A DNA stretch of 64,000 bases from Treponema sp. (GTDB taxonomy: Bacteria; Spirochaetota; Spirochaetia; Treponematales; Treponemataceae). This document shows positions 54,926 to 64,000 of the stretch, piece by piece. The stretch spans positions 18,943-82,942 of the forward strand of contig JAFYWB010000055.1 in assembly GCA_017549025.1 (NCBI GenBank). The letters run 5' to 3'. A program made the position numbers and the translations under genes. The notes beneath the pieces are model-generated. The model made no database searches. It was not told the origin of the DNA and worked only from the letters and a program-made list of their open reading frames with translations. Every line of letters begins with the position of its first letter. The first letter of the stretch is position 1.

Positions 54926-55387
54926 ATGAAAGAAGCTATTCCCACAAAGCGATTTCTGTTCATTTGCTACGAAATCCTGAGACTTTTTTTTATCTTCACC
55001 TTTCGTCCAGAATTCGACATTGACATGCTGCCTGCCTCTTGGTATATGGCTGCCCCACTGTTGATTCTGCCCTTAGTTTTGGTCTTTTTTTTCTATCAAG
55101 CACAGCAGGAGGAAGAAAAAAAGGCTTACGGCAGAATCTATGCCTACAGCAAGTTCCTTTCCATTGCGGGCTTTTTCCCCTTTATGAAGGTGGCCCTAGT
55201 TCCTGCCTTTGAGCATGCAAAACTTACCAGTTATTATTCCTTGAAACGCATGGGAATTTTACTGATATTTTTATTGATAGATGTTATACTAGGATTGATA
55301 TTCCTTTTAGATAAAGATAAGGAAGAAGACTCACAGCAAGATCAGGGAGATGAAATTCATGCAGATAATTCCAGTAGCCAGTGGTAA
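54926..55387 (+). CDS. Small polytopic membrane protein with acidic C-terminal tail, unknown function
   Basis: Four hydrophobic segments. Overlaps the start of the downstream ATPase gene. Confidence 0.5.
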   Translation: MKEAIPTKRFLFICYEILRLFFIFTFRPEFDIDMLPASWYMAAPLLILPLVLVFFFYQAQQEEEKKAYGRIYAYSKFLSIAGFFPFMKVALVPAFEHAKLTSYYSLKRMGILLIFLLIDVILGLIFLLDKDKEEDSQQDQGDEIHADNSSSQW

Positions 55388-56483
55388 AGGTGGTGTAGGT
55401 AAAAGCCTTATTTCAGCAAACTTAGCCATTGCCCTTGGCCAGGCCGACAAAAAGGTTATTCTGGCAGACTTGGATTTAGGTGCCTCAAACTTGCATCTTG
55501 TTATTGGCCATCAGGCTCCAAAACAGGGCATAGGAACCTATCTGTCTGGACAGGCAAAGTTCGAGGACATCCTTCTGGATTCCGAGTACAAGAACGTACG
55601 GTTTATTCCCGGTGACTCTGAAATTCCAGGACTAACTGCCTTAAAAATCAGCCAGAAGAACGATTTGGTGAAAAAGCTGCAAAAGCTGGATGCCGATTAT
55701 CTGATTCTTGACTTGGGAGCTGGAACCCATCTCACCATTTTGGACTTGTTCCTGCTATCTCCCCAGGGAATCGTAGTGACAGCTCCCACCGTTACCGCCA
55801 CCTTGAACGGCTATCTGTTCTTGAAAAATGCAGTGTTCCGCATGATGTACAACACCTTCAAGAAAAACTCCAAGGCATATAATTATTTGGAGCAGCTGAA
55901 ATCAGATGCCACCTCCTTGCAGCGACTCTACATTCCCAAGCTGGTGGAAAACATTGCCGCCATTGACCCACAAAGTGCCGCTCTGTTCAAGCACCGCATG
56001 AATCAATTTAGACCACGACTTGTGCTGAACATGATTGACGAGCCACGTGATGCAGATAAATCCATGAAAATCCGCCGTTCCTGTAACGAGTATTTGGGAT
56101 TGGAGCTGGAGCATCTCGGTATTATCTATCGTGACAGCCTGCAGGACAAGGCTCTGGAATCACGGCTTCCCATCATTGTGTATAAGCCACAATCTTTGTT
56201 GGCTCAATCAATCTACCGTATTGCAGACAAGGTAATGGCTTCTCAAACCTTAACCTTTGACAATGCCGTAGACAGCTTTGAACAGGCTGAAGCAGAAGCC
56301 GCCGAGGATTTGGAAACAAAGATGTCCTACGTGGAAGACCTGCTAGGAAGCGGTGCCCTTACCACAGCAGACTTGGCAGAAATCATCAAATCACAGCAGT
56401 ATGACTTGACCCAGCTCCGAAAGGAAAATCAGTTGCTAAAGTCCAAGCTTTTGAAGGCTGCTGCCCAAGGATTTAAGCTCTAA
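55359..56483 (+). CDS. MinD/ParA-family P-loop ATPase with C-terminal coiled-coil extension
   Basis: IIPVASGKGGVGKSLISANLAIALGQADKKVILADLDLGASN (deviant Walker A). Confidence 0.8.
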   Translation: MQIIPVASGKGGVGKSLISANLAIALGQADKKVILADLDLGASNLHLVIGHQAPKQGIGTYLSGQAKFEDILLDSEYKNVRFIPGDSEIPGLTALKISQKNDLVKKLQKLDADYLILDLGAGTHLTILDLFLLSPQGIVVTAPTVTATLNGYLFLKNAVFRMMYNTFKKNSKAYNYLEQLKSDATSLQRLYIPKLVENIAAIDPQSAALFKHRMNQFRPRLVLNMIDEPRDADKSMKIRRSCNEYLGLELEHLGIIYRDSLQDKALESRLPIIVYKPQSLLAQSIYRIADKVMASQTLTFDNAVDSFEQAEAEAAEDLETKMSYVEDLLGSGALTTADLAEIIKSQQYDLTQLRKENQLLKSKLLKAAAQGFKL

Positions 56484-56493
56484 AGGATTTTTT

Positions 56494-57477
56494 ATGCCCC
56501 TTTATTTACAGTACCCCTCTTGGATTCACCCAGAACTTTTTCCTGGTGTTCCTGTCCTCGGCCTCATTCGTTGGTATGGCTTGATGTATATTTTTGCCTT
56601 TGGTACAGCTTTTTTTGTATTAAAGCGTCTCATGAAGGAAGGAGCTCTGAATACTCCAGACTACACAGCCAACGAGGATGACCTATTCAGCTGTATTGCC
56701 ACTGGCATTATCTTTTTGCTGATTGGAGCCAGAGTTTTTTCTACCTTGGTGTACGATACCTCTGGCTTGTATTGGCGAAAGCCTTGGCTCATCTTTTGGC
56801 CTTTTAATGAAGCGGGACAATTCACAGGCCTTGCAGGAATGTCCTACCACGGTGGTTTTATCGGCGGACTCTTGGGCATGATTGTCTGGTGCTTGAAAAA
56901 AAAGCGCCCCCTCTTGCAATGGACAGATGCCATGACTATTGCAATTGCCTTTGGCTATACCTTTGGCCGCCTAGGAAATTTCTTGAACGGAGAGCTTTTT
57001 GGCCGCATTACCACCATGCCTTGGGGAATGGTTTTTCCCTATGCCCAGCAATTTTCCGTCTCAATTCCCTGGGTACAGGAGTTTGCAGCAGAGGCAGGCA
57101 TGGTACTTACAGAAGGAGAAAAGCTCGTAAATCTACCTCGCCATCCGAGCCAGCTGTACGAAGCCTTGTTTGAAGGAATTATCCTCGGTTGTATTCTATG
57201 GAGTGTCAGAAAACACAAGCCCTTTACAGGCTTTACCACTGCCCTCTACACCATTGGCTACGGATTTTTCCGTTTCTTTATTGAATATTTCCGAGAGCCA
57301 GATGCCGACTTAGGCTACCGAATCGAGACTATAGCTGGTACCCCCACCTACATAAACGCTTCTTGGTTCAATATTTCCACAGGACAGATTCTCTGCCTGC
57401 TAATGATTGCTGGTGGGCTTTTGTTGATGTTGTTCTCTTGGATTCGCAGCAAAAAAGGAAGGAATAAGGATGTTTGA
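56494..57477 (+). CDS. lgt: Prolipoprotein diacylglyceryl transferase
   Basis: YGLMYIFAF, HGGFIGGLLG, FGRLGNFLNGELFGR, HPSQLYEA signatures. Confidence 0.92.
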   Translation: MPLYLQYPSWIHPELFPGVPVLGLIRWYGLMYIFAFGTAFFVLKRLMKEGALNTPDYTANEDDLFSCIATGIIFLLIGARVFSTLVYDTSGLYWRKPWLIFWPFNEAGQFTGLAGMSYHGGFIGGLLGMIVWCLKKKRPLLQWTDAMTIAIAFGYTFGRLGNFLNGELFGRITTMPWGMVFPYAQQFSVSIPWVQEFAAEAGMVLTEGEKLVNLPRHPSQLYEALFEGIILGCILWSVRKHKPFTGFTTALYTIGYGFFRFFIEYFREPDADLGYRIETIAGTPTYINASWFNISTGQILCLLMIAGGLLLMLFSWIRSKKGRNKDV

Positions 57478-58195
57478 CCCACAAAGAGTAAAAGACGAAT
57501 GCGTTGCCTGGATTCGTAAGTTTTTTGAAGAAAATGGCAAGGATTGCAATGCCGTAGTTGGCATTTCTGGAGGAAAGGATAGCTCTGTGGTGGCAGCCCT
57601 TTGTGTAGAAGCCCTTGGGAAAGACCGTGTTCTTGGAGTACTGATGCCCTGCGGACAACAGCATGACATTGACATGGCCTACAAGCTGGTGAACCACCTA
57701 GGAATCCGCCACTTTGAAGTAAATATTCAAGAAGCAGCAGAAGCTATGAAGCGGAGCATCCCCTTTGAGCTTTCCCAGCAAAGCAACGTAAACCTGCTTC
57801 CCCGCCTCCGCATGACAACTCTGTACGCTGTTTCTCAAAGCTTCAACGGACGAGTGGCCAATACCTGCAATCTGTCTGAGGATTGGGTAGGTTATTCCAC
57901 TCGCTACGGCGATGCAGCTGGTGATTTTAGCCCCTTGTGTAACCTTACCGTACAGGAAGTAAAGGCAGTGGGCCAAGCAGCAGGCTTACCCCAGGACTTG
58001 GTAGAAAAGGTACCCATCGACGGGCTTTGTGGTAAAACCGACGAAGACAACCTTGGCTTTACCTACGCAGAGTTAGACAAGTATATCCGCACTGGCATCA
58101 TCGAAAATCAAGAAACCAAGGCCCGCATTGACCATTTGCACAAAATTAACCAGTTCAAGCTACAGCTTATGCCTAGCTTTATGCCACAGTTGTAG
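57470..58195 (+). CDS. nadE: NH3-dependent NAD+ synthetase
   Basis: GISGGKDSSVVAAL PP-loop. 241 aa. 8-nt overlap with lgt. Confidence 0.9.
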   Translation: MFDPQRVKDECVAWIRKFFEENGKDCNAVVGISGGKDSSVVAALCVEALGKDRVLGVLMPCGQQHDIDMAYKLVNHLGIRHFEVNIQEAAEAMKRSIPFELSQQSNVNLLPRLRMTTLYAVSQSFNGRVANTCNLSEDWVGYSTRYGDAAGDFSPLCNLTVQEVKAVGQAAGLPQDLVEKVPIDGLCGKTDEDNLGFTYAELDKYIRTGIIENQETKARIDHLHKINQFKLQLMPSFMPQL

Positions 58196-58401
58196 TTCAA
58201 GATAAAAATCCTACAGGTGCAAATCCTTCTACGGCTTGCACAATAGTTTTTGCAATAAAAAACACCTGCTAAACTCACGTATCGTTTAACAGGTGTTTTC
58301 TTTTAGCTTTTCGTTTCAAAAACAATTTCTGAGAACCAGCTTTTAAAACCAGTTCCCAAAACTTGTGGAGATGACTAAAAATCACCTCCACACATTCAAG
58401 C

Positions 58402-60366
58402 TTATTTCTTCAATTCCTCAGCCAGCTTTTCTGCGGTAAAGCCAAAGTGCTCGGCTACCTTTGCAGCAGGACCAGAAGCACCAAATCCCTTCAAGCAGAA
58501 CAAATCATCCTGACTGGTGGCCACAGCTTCCCAGCCCATCTTGATTCCAGCTTCTGCCACCACTACACGAGGAGCATTACCAAGGATGGTGTCACGGAGA
58601 GCCTTGGGCTGACTCAAGAACAGCTCTCTATCCATGATTGAAACAACACGAATCCGCTTGCCTTCTACCATGTCGGCTGCCTTCAAAGCCATTTCCACCT
58701 CAGAACCAGTGGCAACAATAGTAATATCTGGTGTGTCATCACCCTTTCGTGCAACATATCCACCACACTTGATGGTGTTCTTCCAGTCTGCATCGGCCTT
58801 TTCGAATACAGTCAGATTCTGGCGGCTCAACAGCAAGCATACAGGATGGTCCTTGGATTCCATTGCCATCTTCCAAGCCTCGTTGGTTTCCTCTGCATCA
58901 GCAGGACGAAGCACCTGAACCCCAGGAATTCCCCGCAGGGAAGCCAGTGTTTCAATGGGCTGGTGGGTAGGACCGTCTTCACCAACAAAGATGGAGTCGT
59001 GGGTCAAAATGTAAATTACAGGCAGCTTCATCAAGGAAGCTACACGGAGAGCTGGTCGTTCATAGTCGGCAAAAACAGCAAAGGTAGCACAGAAGCCACG
59101 CAATCCACCATGGAGAGTAATACCAGAACTGATAGCAGCCATGGCAAACTCACGAATACCAAAACGAATAGTACGACCATCACGGTTGTCAGCGGTGTAT
59201 ACACCATAATCCTTCAAAGCAGTGGAGTTGGGACCTTCCAAGTCAGCAGAACCACCAACCAAAGCAGGACAAGCCTTTGCCATAACAGGCAGAGCCTTTC
59301 CAGAGGCTGCACGTGTTGCCAAGGAATCTCCCACCTTGTAGCTAGGCAGCTCCACATCAGCTACATTCCAAGAATGCATATCGTCCCATAGCTTTCTCAA
59401 ATCGGGGTTTGCAGCAGACCAAGCTTCAAAGGTTTTGTTCCAGTCAGCTTGAGCTTGAGCAAGCTCAGCACCACGAGCCTTAAAATAATCATAGGCTTCA
59501 GGTACCACGTAGAAGGTCTTTTCAGGATCCAGTCCCAAATCCTTCTTTGTTTTTACAACATTTTCGTCACCTAGAGGAGCACCGTGAGCAGTAGAAGTTC
59601 CAGCAACAGGAGAACCCTTTCCAATAACAGACTTCAGCATAATCAAGGTGGGCTTGTCAGTTTCAGCCTTAGCTTCTGCTACCAGCTTGGCAATTCCAGC
59701 CATGTCATACATATCGCCAGCTAAAACCTGCCAACCATAAGCCTTGTAGCGGCCAGCAATATCTTCTGTAAAGGTAATATCGGTAGAGCCATCAATACTG
59801 ATTTTGTTCTCATCGTAGAATACAATCAATTTACCCAGCTTCAAGTGACCAGCCAAGCTAGATGCTTCTGCAGAAACACCCTCCATCAAGCAGCCTTCAC
59901 CTACCAGTGCGTAGGTGTAGTGGTCAACAACCTTGTGGTCAGCAGTATTAAAGCGGGCTGCCAGCATTGTTTCTGCCATAGCCTCACCAACTGCCACTGC
60001 AATTCCCTGACCAAGAGGACCACTGGTGCATTCAACACCATCGGTGTCTCCAAACTCAGGGTGACCAGGGCAATGAGAACCAATCTGGCGGAAGGATTTT
60101 ACATCATCCAGTGTTACCTTATAACCGCTAATATGAAGAATAGAATACAAAAGCATGGAACCATGTCCAGCGGAAAGCAAGAAACGATCTCTGTCAACCC
60201 AACTTGAATCGGCGGGATTATGCTTCATCACTTCACCATACAACACAGCGGCTAGCTCTGCACAACCAAGGGGCAATCCAGGGTGACCAGATTTTGCCTT
60301 TTGAATTGCATCCATAGATAAACTGCGAATAGAGAGTGCAGTGGCCTCCAAGCCCTTCATATTCAT
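58402..60366 (-). CDS. tkt: Transketolase
   Basis: SGHPGLPLGCAE, GEGCLMEGVSAEA, GEDGPTHQPIE. Confidence 0.95.
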   Translation of the reverse strand: MNMKGLEATALSIRSLSMDAIQKAKSGHPGLPLGCAELAAVLYGEVMKHNPADSSWVDRDRFLLSAGHGSMLLYSILHISGYKVTLDDVKSFRQIGSHCPGHPEFGDTDGVECTSGPLGQGIAVAVGEAMAETMLAARFNTADHKVVDHYTYALVGEGCLMEGVSAEASSLAGHLKLGKLIVFYDENKISIDGSTDITFTEDIAGRYKAYGWQVLAGDMYDMAGIAKLVAEAKAETDKPTLIMLKSVIGKGSPVAGTSTAHGAPLGDENVVKTKKDLGLDPEKTFYVVPEAYDYFKARGAELAQAQADWNKTFEAWSAANPDLRKLWDDMHSWNVADVELPSYKVGDSLATRAASGKALPVMAKACPALVGGSADLEGPNSTALKDYGVYTADNRDGRTIRFGIREFAMAAISSGITLHGGLRGFCATFAVFADYERPALRVASLMKLPVIYILTHDSIFVGEDGPTHQPIETLASLRGIPGVQVLRPADAEETNEAWKMAMESKDHPVCLLLSRQNLTVFEKADADWKNTIKCGGYVARKGDDTPDITIVATGSEVEMALKAADMVEGKRIRVVSIMDRELFLSQPKALRDTILGNAPRVVVAEAGIKMGWEAVATSQDDLFCLKGFGASGPAAKVAEHFGFTAEKLAEELKK

Positions 60367-60533
60367 ATTGTACTCCTCAATTCAGTTACGAAGCCACGCC
60401 CTAACTGAATCGAATTCATGCTGACTTACGTAACAGGTATTTTATAAATTATACCAAGAGAATTTATTATTATCAATCGAAAAACTACGAAATCAGCAAA
60501 AAACGAAAGAAAAGTGAAGGCAAACTGAAAATG

Positions 60534-62114
60534 CTACTCTTTTTTCTGGGCTTTAATCACCGTAAACCGATTCTTGTAGTTTGCTGCTAAGGCTGACTTC
60601 AGCTCTGCAGACACTTCCTCAAAGTTATATTCCATTCCATCCAAGGAAGCAGACATAGCCCGCACATCATCATCCTTTAGATTCACGTCACGGAGCAAGC
60701 TTTCCAGCATATACTGAATGTGGGTAGAAAGCTGGGTCAAAATCACCAGTGGCTGCTGAGGAAAGCCTTCCAGCTGGTCATCTACATCGTCCAGCTCCAT
60801 CACTAGCGCAAACACCTTTGTATGCAGCTCCAACAATCGATGGCGAACAGGCCCACGCTCAAAGTCTGCAAACCAATTATAGGTTTCCTCCAGCTTGCTC
60901 CGTCGGGAACGGATTGTTCCCTGCAGCCGCTTTCGTTTTAGCATGTCCAAGGCAGAGAAAGCTTCACCCAAAATCATAGTGATGATATCTTCCTCGTTAT
61001 TTTTCTTGTTATACAGTCCGTCCACAATCCAAGAATCAAAGACAACCCGTGGCCACAGCATCATTTCTGTATTCAGCTGCTCACTGCTCCAAGCCGTGGA
61101 ATCTTTTTCTTCCACGTTTTCGCCCATCTGTAGCCAAGGCCCCACTGCAGGAACCTCCTGCCCCTTAAACCACAGGCGACTTTCCACTCCGTAGGGCTCC
61201 ATGCCAATACGCTTAGAGTGTTTTACTGCATCTTCAATCGTTCCTGCAATATCCTTGCACAATTCCTTTTGATGCACAAAGAAAACTCGTGCTAGCTGTT
61301 CCTCGATTGTTCCACAGGGGCCGTAGGCATCAAAGCTTTCCAACATCCGTTGCTCAAACAGCTTATACCACTCACTTCGTAGCTGATCTACTGGCTGCTG
61401 CTGAAAGGGATTTTCCTTGTGGCTACACAGTGGATGAATTTTCACCACACCGCCACGCCAGTCTGCAACTTCTGCCAGCAATAAATCCCCACGTTTAAAA
61501 TTCCATGCCTTAAAAATCTTAGAACAGTCAACCACCGTCAAACTTACCGTTTGCGGTAGCTCCTCCTCAAAGGAACGAAGCATACTATCTCGTGCTGCTG
61601 GGTCAGACAAAATGAATTGAATGGCATATTCTTCCCCAAAGAGGGAGTAAAAAGGCAAGACTTCTCGCAGGGGAAAATCCATCACCTTGCGGGGGAGAAT
61701 CTCATTGTCAAAGGAAAATCGGAGAGTGCCAGAGGATTGCTCGGAATCCACAAAGGGAATGCAACGATGGCCCACCAACAAATATCCCCCTTCAATTTCT
61801 CGTGAAGTTGGCTTTATGGTAAAGGATGCACCGGTAAAGGCTCCTGCTCGTGTTAAAAAAGTGCCACCTTCCAGTGCAAAAACAAAGGGATTCATCCCAA
61901 GATATGTCTCAATTTCAGCTGTGGACATATTTACACCGATGTGGGAAAAGCCTTCTTGAATATCTTTTGCAGAAAATTCTTCGGTTTGAATGCGAATAAA
62001 ATCCATTAATAGGTTTTCAATAACTGGAGTCATCGTCCATATCATATAATGCAACTGGTCAAAAATCAAGTGAAGCCCTTGAATCCAGCCTTTAGATGGC
62101 TTTATTTTACCCAT
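60534..62114 (-). CDS. Hypothetical cytoplasmic protein (526 aa)
   Basis: Long uninterrupted ORF with host-like composition. No TM segments or motifs that I recognise. Confidence 0.6.
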   Translation of the reverse strand: MGKIKPSKGWIQGLHLIFDQLHYMIWTMTPVIENLLMDFIRIQTEEFSAKDIQEGFSHIGVNMSTAEIETYLGMNPFVFALEGGTFLTRAGAFTGASFTIKPTSREIEGGYLLVGHRCIPFVDSEQSSGTLRFSFDNEILPRKVMDFPLREVLPFYSLFGEEYAIQFILSDPAARDSMLRSFEEELPQTVSLTVVDCSKIFKAWNFKRGDLLLAEVADWRGGVVKIHPLCSHKENPFQQQPVDQLRSEWYKLFEQRMLESFDAYGPCGTIEEQLARVFFVHQKELCKDIAGTIEDAVKHSKRIGMEPYGVESRLWFKGQEVPAVGPWLQMGENVEEKDSTAWSSEQLNTEMMLWPRVVFDSWIVDGLYNKKNNEEDIITMILGEAFSALDMLKRKRLQGTIRSRRSKLEETYNWFADFERGPVRHRLLELHTKVFALVMELDDVDDQLEGFPQQPLVILTQLSTHIQYMLESLLRDVNLKDDDVRAMSASLDGMEYNFEEVSAELKSALAANYKNRFTVIKAQKKE

Positions 62115-62307
62115 CTCTACTCATAATGACACACTACTTTGTATCATTTTGATACAGTTTTAACTTCAATTTTACCCACTGAGTTCTTTTGTCTCCTTCT
62201 AAACTCCACTACTAACTTGATTTCTTCTTTTTATCGAATAAAACAATAAATTATAAATCTTTATAAAATAATGAATTAAAAATTTAACTTAATTTTTTCT
62301 TAATTTC

Positions 62308-62336
62308 TTGAAAAGTTGGCACGGTAATTGCATTAT
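62308..62336 (+). promoter_or_regulatory. hsp20 promoter region: overlapping sigma54-type (-24/-12) box and sigma70-like hexamers
   Basis: TGGCACGGTAATTGCA at 62317-62332 fits TGGCAC-N5-TTGCA. Alternatively TTGAAA (62308-62313), 17-nt spacer, CATTAT (62331-62336). Confidence 0.45.
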
Positions 62337-62341
62337 TTATA

Positions 62342-62360
62342 GTGTAAGGCAAACTTACAC
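62342..62360 (+). promoter_or_regulatory. Inverted repeat at the predicted 5' end of the hsp20 transcript
   Basis: GTGTAAG-GCAAA-CTTACAC, about 10 nt downstream of either promoter reading and 36 nt before the ATG. Confidence 0.4.
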
Positions 62361-62396
62361 ATAAACTTGTTTAATTTTTACCAATGGAGGTAACAC

Positions 62397-62831
62397 ATGA
62401 ATTCATTAGCTTTTTTTAACCCACGGTTTACATCAGATCTTTTCGATGTAATTGACAGAAATCTGGCTGATTTGGTACCTTCTCAGGCATCCACACCAGT
62501 TGTAACACCAAAGGTAGATGTTCGTGAAACACCTGCTGCATATATTCTCGACATGGACTTACCCGGCTTCACTGAAAAGGACGTGGAAATCAACCTAAAG
62601 GATCGCGTGCTTTCTATTTCTTCCAAGATGGAGGAAAAGAAAGAAGAGAAAAAGGAAGGCGAATGGCTTATTAAGGAGCGACGTTCTAGCTGCTTCTCAC
62701 GCCGTTTTACCCTGCCTCAGGATATTGATGCAGAAAAAGTAACTGCTGAATTCAAGCACGGAGTACTTTCTGTAGACATTCCTCGTAAACCAGAACCACA
62801 GCCCAAGCAAATTGCCATTACTGTGAGATAA
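62397..62831 (+). CDS. Hsp20/alpha-crystallin family small heat-shock protein
   Basis: PKVDVRETPAAYILDMDLPGFTEKDVEINLKDRVLSISS...FSRRFTLPQDIDAEKVTAEFKHGVLSVDIPRK. GGAGG RBS. Confidence 0.92.
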   Translation: MNSLAFFNPRFTSDLFDVIDRNLADLVPSQASTPVVTPKVDVRETPAAYILDMDLPGFTEKDVEINLKDRVLSISSKMEEKKEEKKEGEWLIKERRSSCFSRRFTLPQDIDAEKVTAEFKHGVLSVDIPRKPEPQPKQIAITVR

Positions 62832-62874
62832 ACTTGTAGTTTTTTAGTCTTTACTTCCTCCTTACCAAAACAAA

Positions 62875-62906
62875 GAGGCTACCGTGGGAAATCCCTTGGT
62901 AGCCTC
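62875..62906. terminator. Bidirectional terminator
   Basis: GAGGCTACC (62875-62883) / GGTAGCCTC (62898-62906), then GCTTTATTT. Lies between convergent genes. Confidence 0.7.
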
Positions 62907-62949
62907 GCTTTATTTAGGCAAGATTTTTGACACAAAATCAAGCAGTACC

Positions 62950-63588
62950 CTAGCGGATATCCTCCACTTCCAGAGTATACTCCTTCAAAATCTGCTCAAA
63001 CTTTTCTCGCTCAATACCTGTTACCTTAAGTGTACAGCGACGATGGGCTGAATCATCCACATCAAAGGTTACCAAAGAAACAATGTTTCCGGCTGCATCT
63101 GCAATAGACTTGGAAAGCTTTGCAATCATTCCGGGCTTTTCTTCCACCTGGAATGTAGCACGAATTCCATCGTGACGAGCACCAAACATATTAACAAAGG
63201 TTCTGAACAAGTCGGCTTCTGTAATAATTCCTACTAGCAATTCTCCCTTCATTACAGGAAGACAGCCTACATCTGAGTCTGCCATAATACGAGCAGCTTC
63301 TTCCACAACCTCAGTCTGCTGAACAGTAACTACATTTTTTACCATCACTGTTTCAACCTTCAGCTTTGTTAACAAATAGCTGATTTCATACATGTCCAAG
63401 GTTGTAGCGGCAGAAGGGCCAGCCTTTACCAGGTCCTTTTTGGTAACAATTCCAACCAAGCGATTGTTCTTGTCCAAAACAGGCAGCTTTCCGATTTTTT
63501 CCCGTGTCATCAGCGCCCGGGCATCATTCACTGACATGTCGGGTGAAGCGAAAATCGGATTCCGTGTCATAACATTTGCAATAATCAT
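62950..63588 (-). CDS. CBS-pair plus ACT domain protein (AcuB-like)
   Basis: Two CBS motifs (VMTRNPIFASPDMSVNDA...GKLPVLDKNNRLVGIVTKKDL and VMVKNVVTVQQ...GCLPVMKGELLVGIITEADL), then an ACT-like C-terminus. Confidence 0.8.
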   Translation of the reverse strand: MIIANVMTRNPIFASPDMSVNDARALMTREKIGKLPVLDKNNRLVGIVTKKDLVKAGPSAATTLDMYEISYLLTKLKVETVMVKNVVTVQQTEVVEEAARIMADSDVGCLPVMKGELLVGIITEADLFRTFVNMFGARHDGIRATFQVEEKPGMIAKLSKSIADAAGNIVSLVTFDVDDSAHRRCTLKVTGIEREKFEQILKEYTLEVEDIR

Positions 63589-63612
63589 GTTTCCTCCTCA
63601 GGCATCTATAAT

Positions 63613-64000
63613 TTAGCCACCAAGATATGCGGCCTTTACTGCATTATCCTTTGCCAACACATCTGCATTACCAGATTTTGTTACCAAACCAGTTTCCAGA
63701 ATATAGGCTCTATTAGCAATGGAAAGAGCCTTGTAAGCATTCTGCTCAACCAACAGCACAGTAGTTCCCGCCTTGTTGATTTTCTGAATTATCGAAAAGA
63801 TTTCATCCACTAGGATGGGAGCCAAGCCCATGGATGGTTCATCCAACAGCAAAAGCCGTGGCTTTGACATCAATGCTCGTCCCATGGCCAGCATCTGCTG
63901 TTCACCACCAGAAAGGGTTCCTGCAACCTGTCGCAATCGCTCCTTCAACCGAGGGAACATCTCGTACACCATTTCTAGGTCGTCCTTAATTCCCGCCTTG
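63613..64000 (-). CDS. livF: Branched-chain amino acid ABC transporter ATP-binding protein (LivF-type); the 5' part is outside the window
   Basis: [33 protein letters not shown] (signature plus Walker B) and a C-terminal AYLGG. The reading frame continues past 63972 to the window edge. Confidence 0.88.
   Translation of the reverse strand, partial: KAGIKDDLEMVYEMFPRLKERLRQVAGTLSGGEQQMLAMGRALMSKPRLLLLDEPSMGLAPILVDEIFSIIQKINKAGTTVLLVEQNAYKALSIANRAYILETGLVTKSGNADVLAKDNAVKAAYLGG

Noticed and set aside
62342-62360. Shared GTGTAAG/CTTACAC arms between the hsp20 leader hairpin and the 51.7-kb array, considered as evidence for a common regulator
   Set aside because: A given 7-mer is expected about 8 times on both strands of a 64-kb window, and the half-site orientation differs (divergent versus convergent). 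It is mentioned in the findings, but no link is claimed.

Overview
The window looks like a chromosomal segment of a spirochete, probably Treponema-like. Three things point that way: a cheA / cheW-CheR-like fusion / cheX / cheY operon, an LL-diaminopimelate aminotransferase (dapL), and an FGE-family lipoprotein. About 50 CDS are supportable, mostly housekeeping and mostly on the minus strand: asnS, ispH, secDF-yajC, ilvE, ilvD-ilvB-dapL, adk, a CBS-type family II pyrophosphatase, cobB, ssb, galE, cysE, lgt, nadE, tkt, hsp20 and livF. There is one tRNA-Val(GAC). I found no rRNA, CRISPR array, prophage or classical IS element. The parts that ordinary annotation does not explain are listed below. 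(1) A dispersed noncoding element of about 320 bp, rich in GGGGAAC and built from nested inverted repeats. It has two full copies (31627-31944 and 51271-51588) and one terminal fragment (7327-7351). Each full copy sits directly against the -35 box of a minus-strand promoter. (2) An 896-bp noncoding gap (51191-52086) holding a module bounded by a perfect 15-nt inverted repeat, with five palindromic CTTAC-N6-GTAAG sites at 23-bp spacing. It lies upstream of one of two Rpn/PD-(D/E)XK nuclease-transposase paralogs, which share a nearly identical promoter cassette and C-terminal tail. (3) An accessory island at about 34.6-39.9 kb with a core of roughly 30% GC. It encodes an XRE regulator, a mosaic lipoprotein, a 4-TM protein, a TM-anchored Cys-rich protein, an FGE-family lipoprotein and an ankyrin-HTH fusion. 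(4) A 35-bp x3 tandem repeat that reiterates the stop-codon region of cobB. (5) An apparently frameshifted small Cys-rich gene. (6) A sigma54-type box plus hairpin in front of hsp20. All functional calls come from reading the translations and from my memory of protein families. No database search was run.
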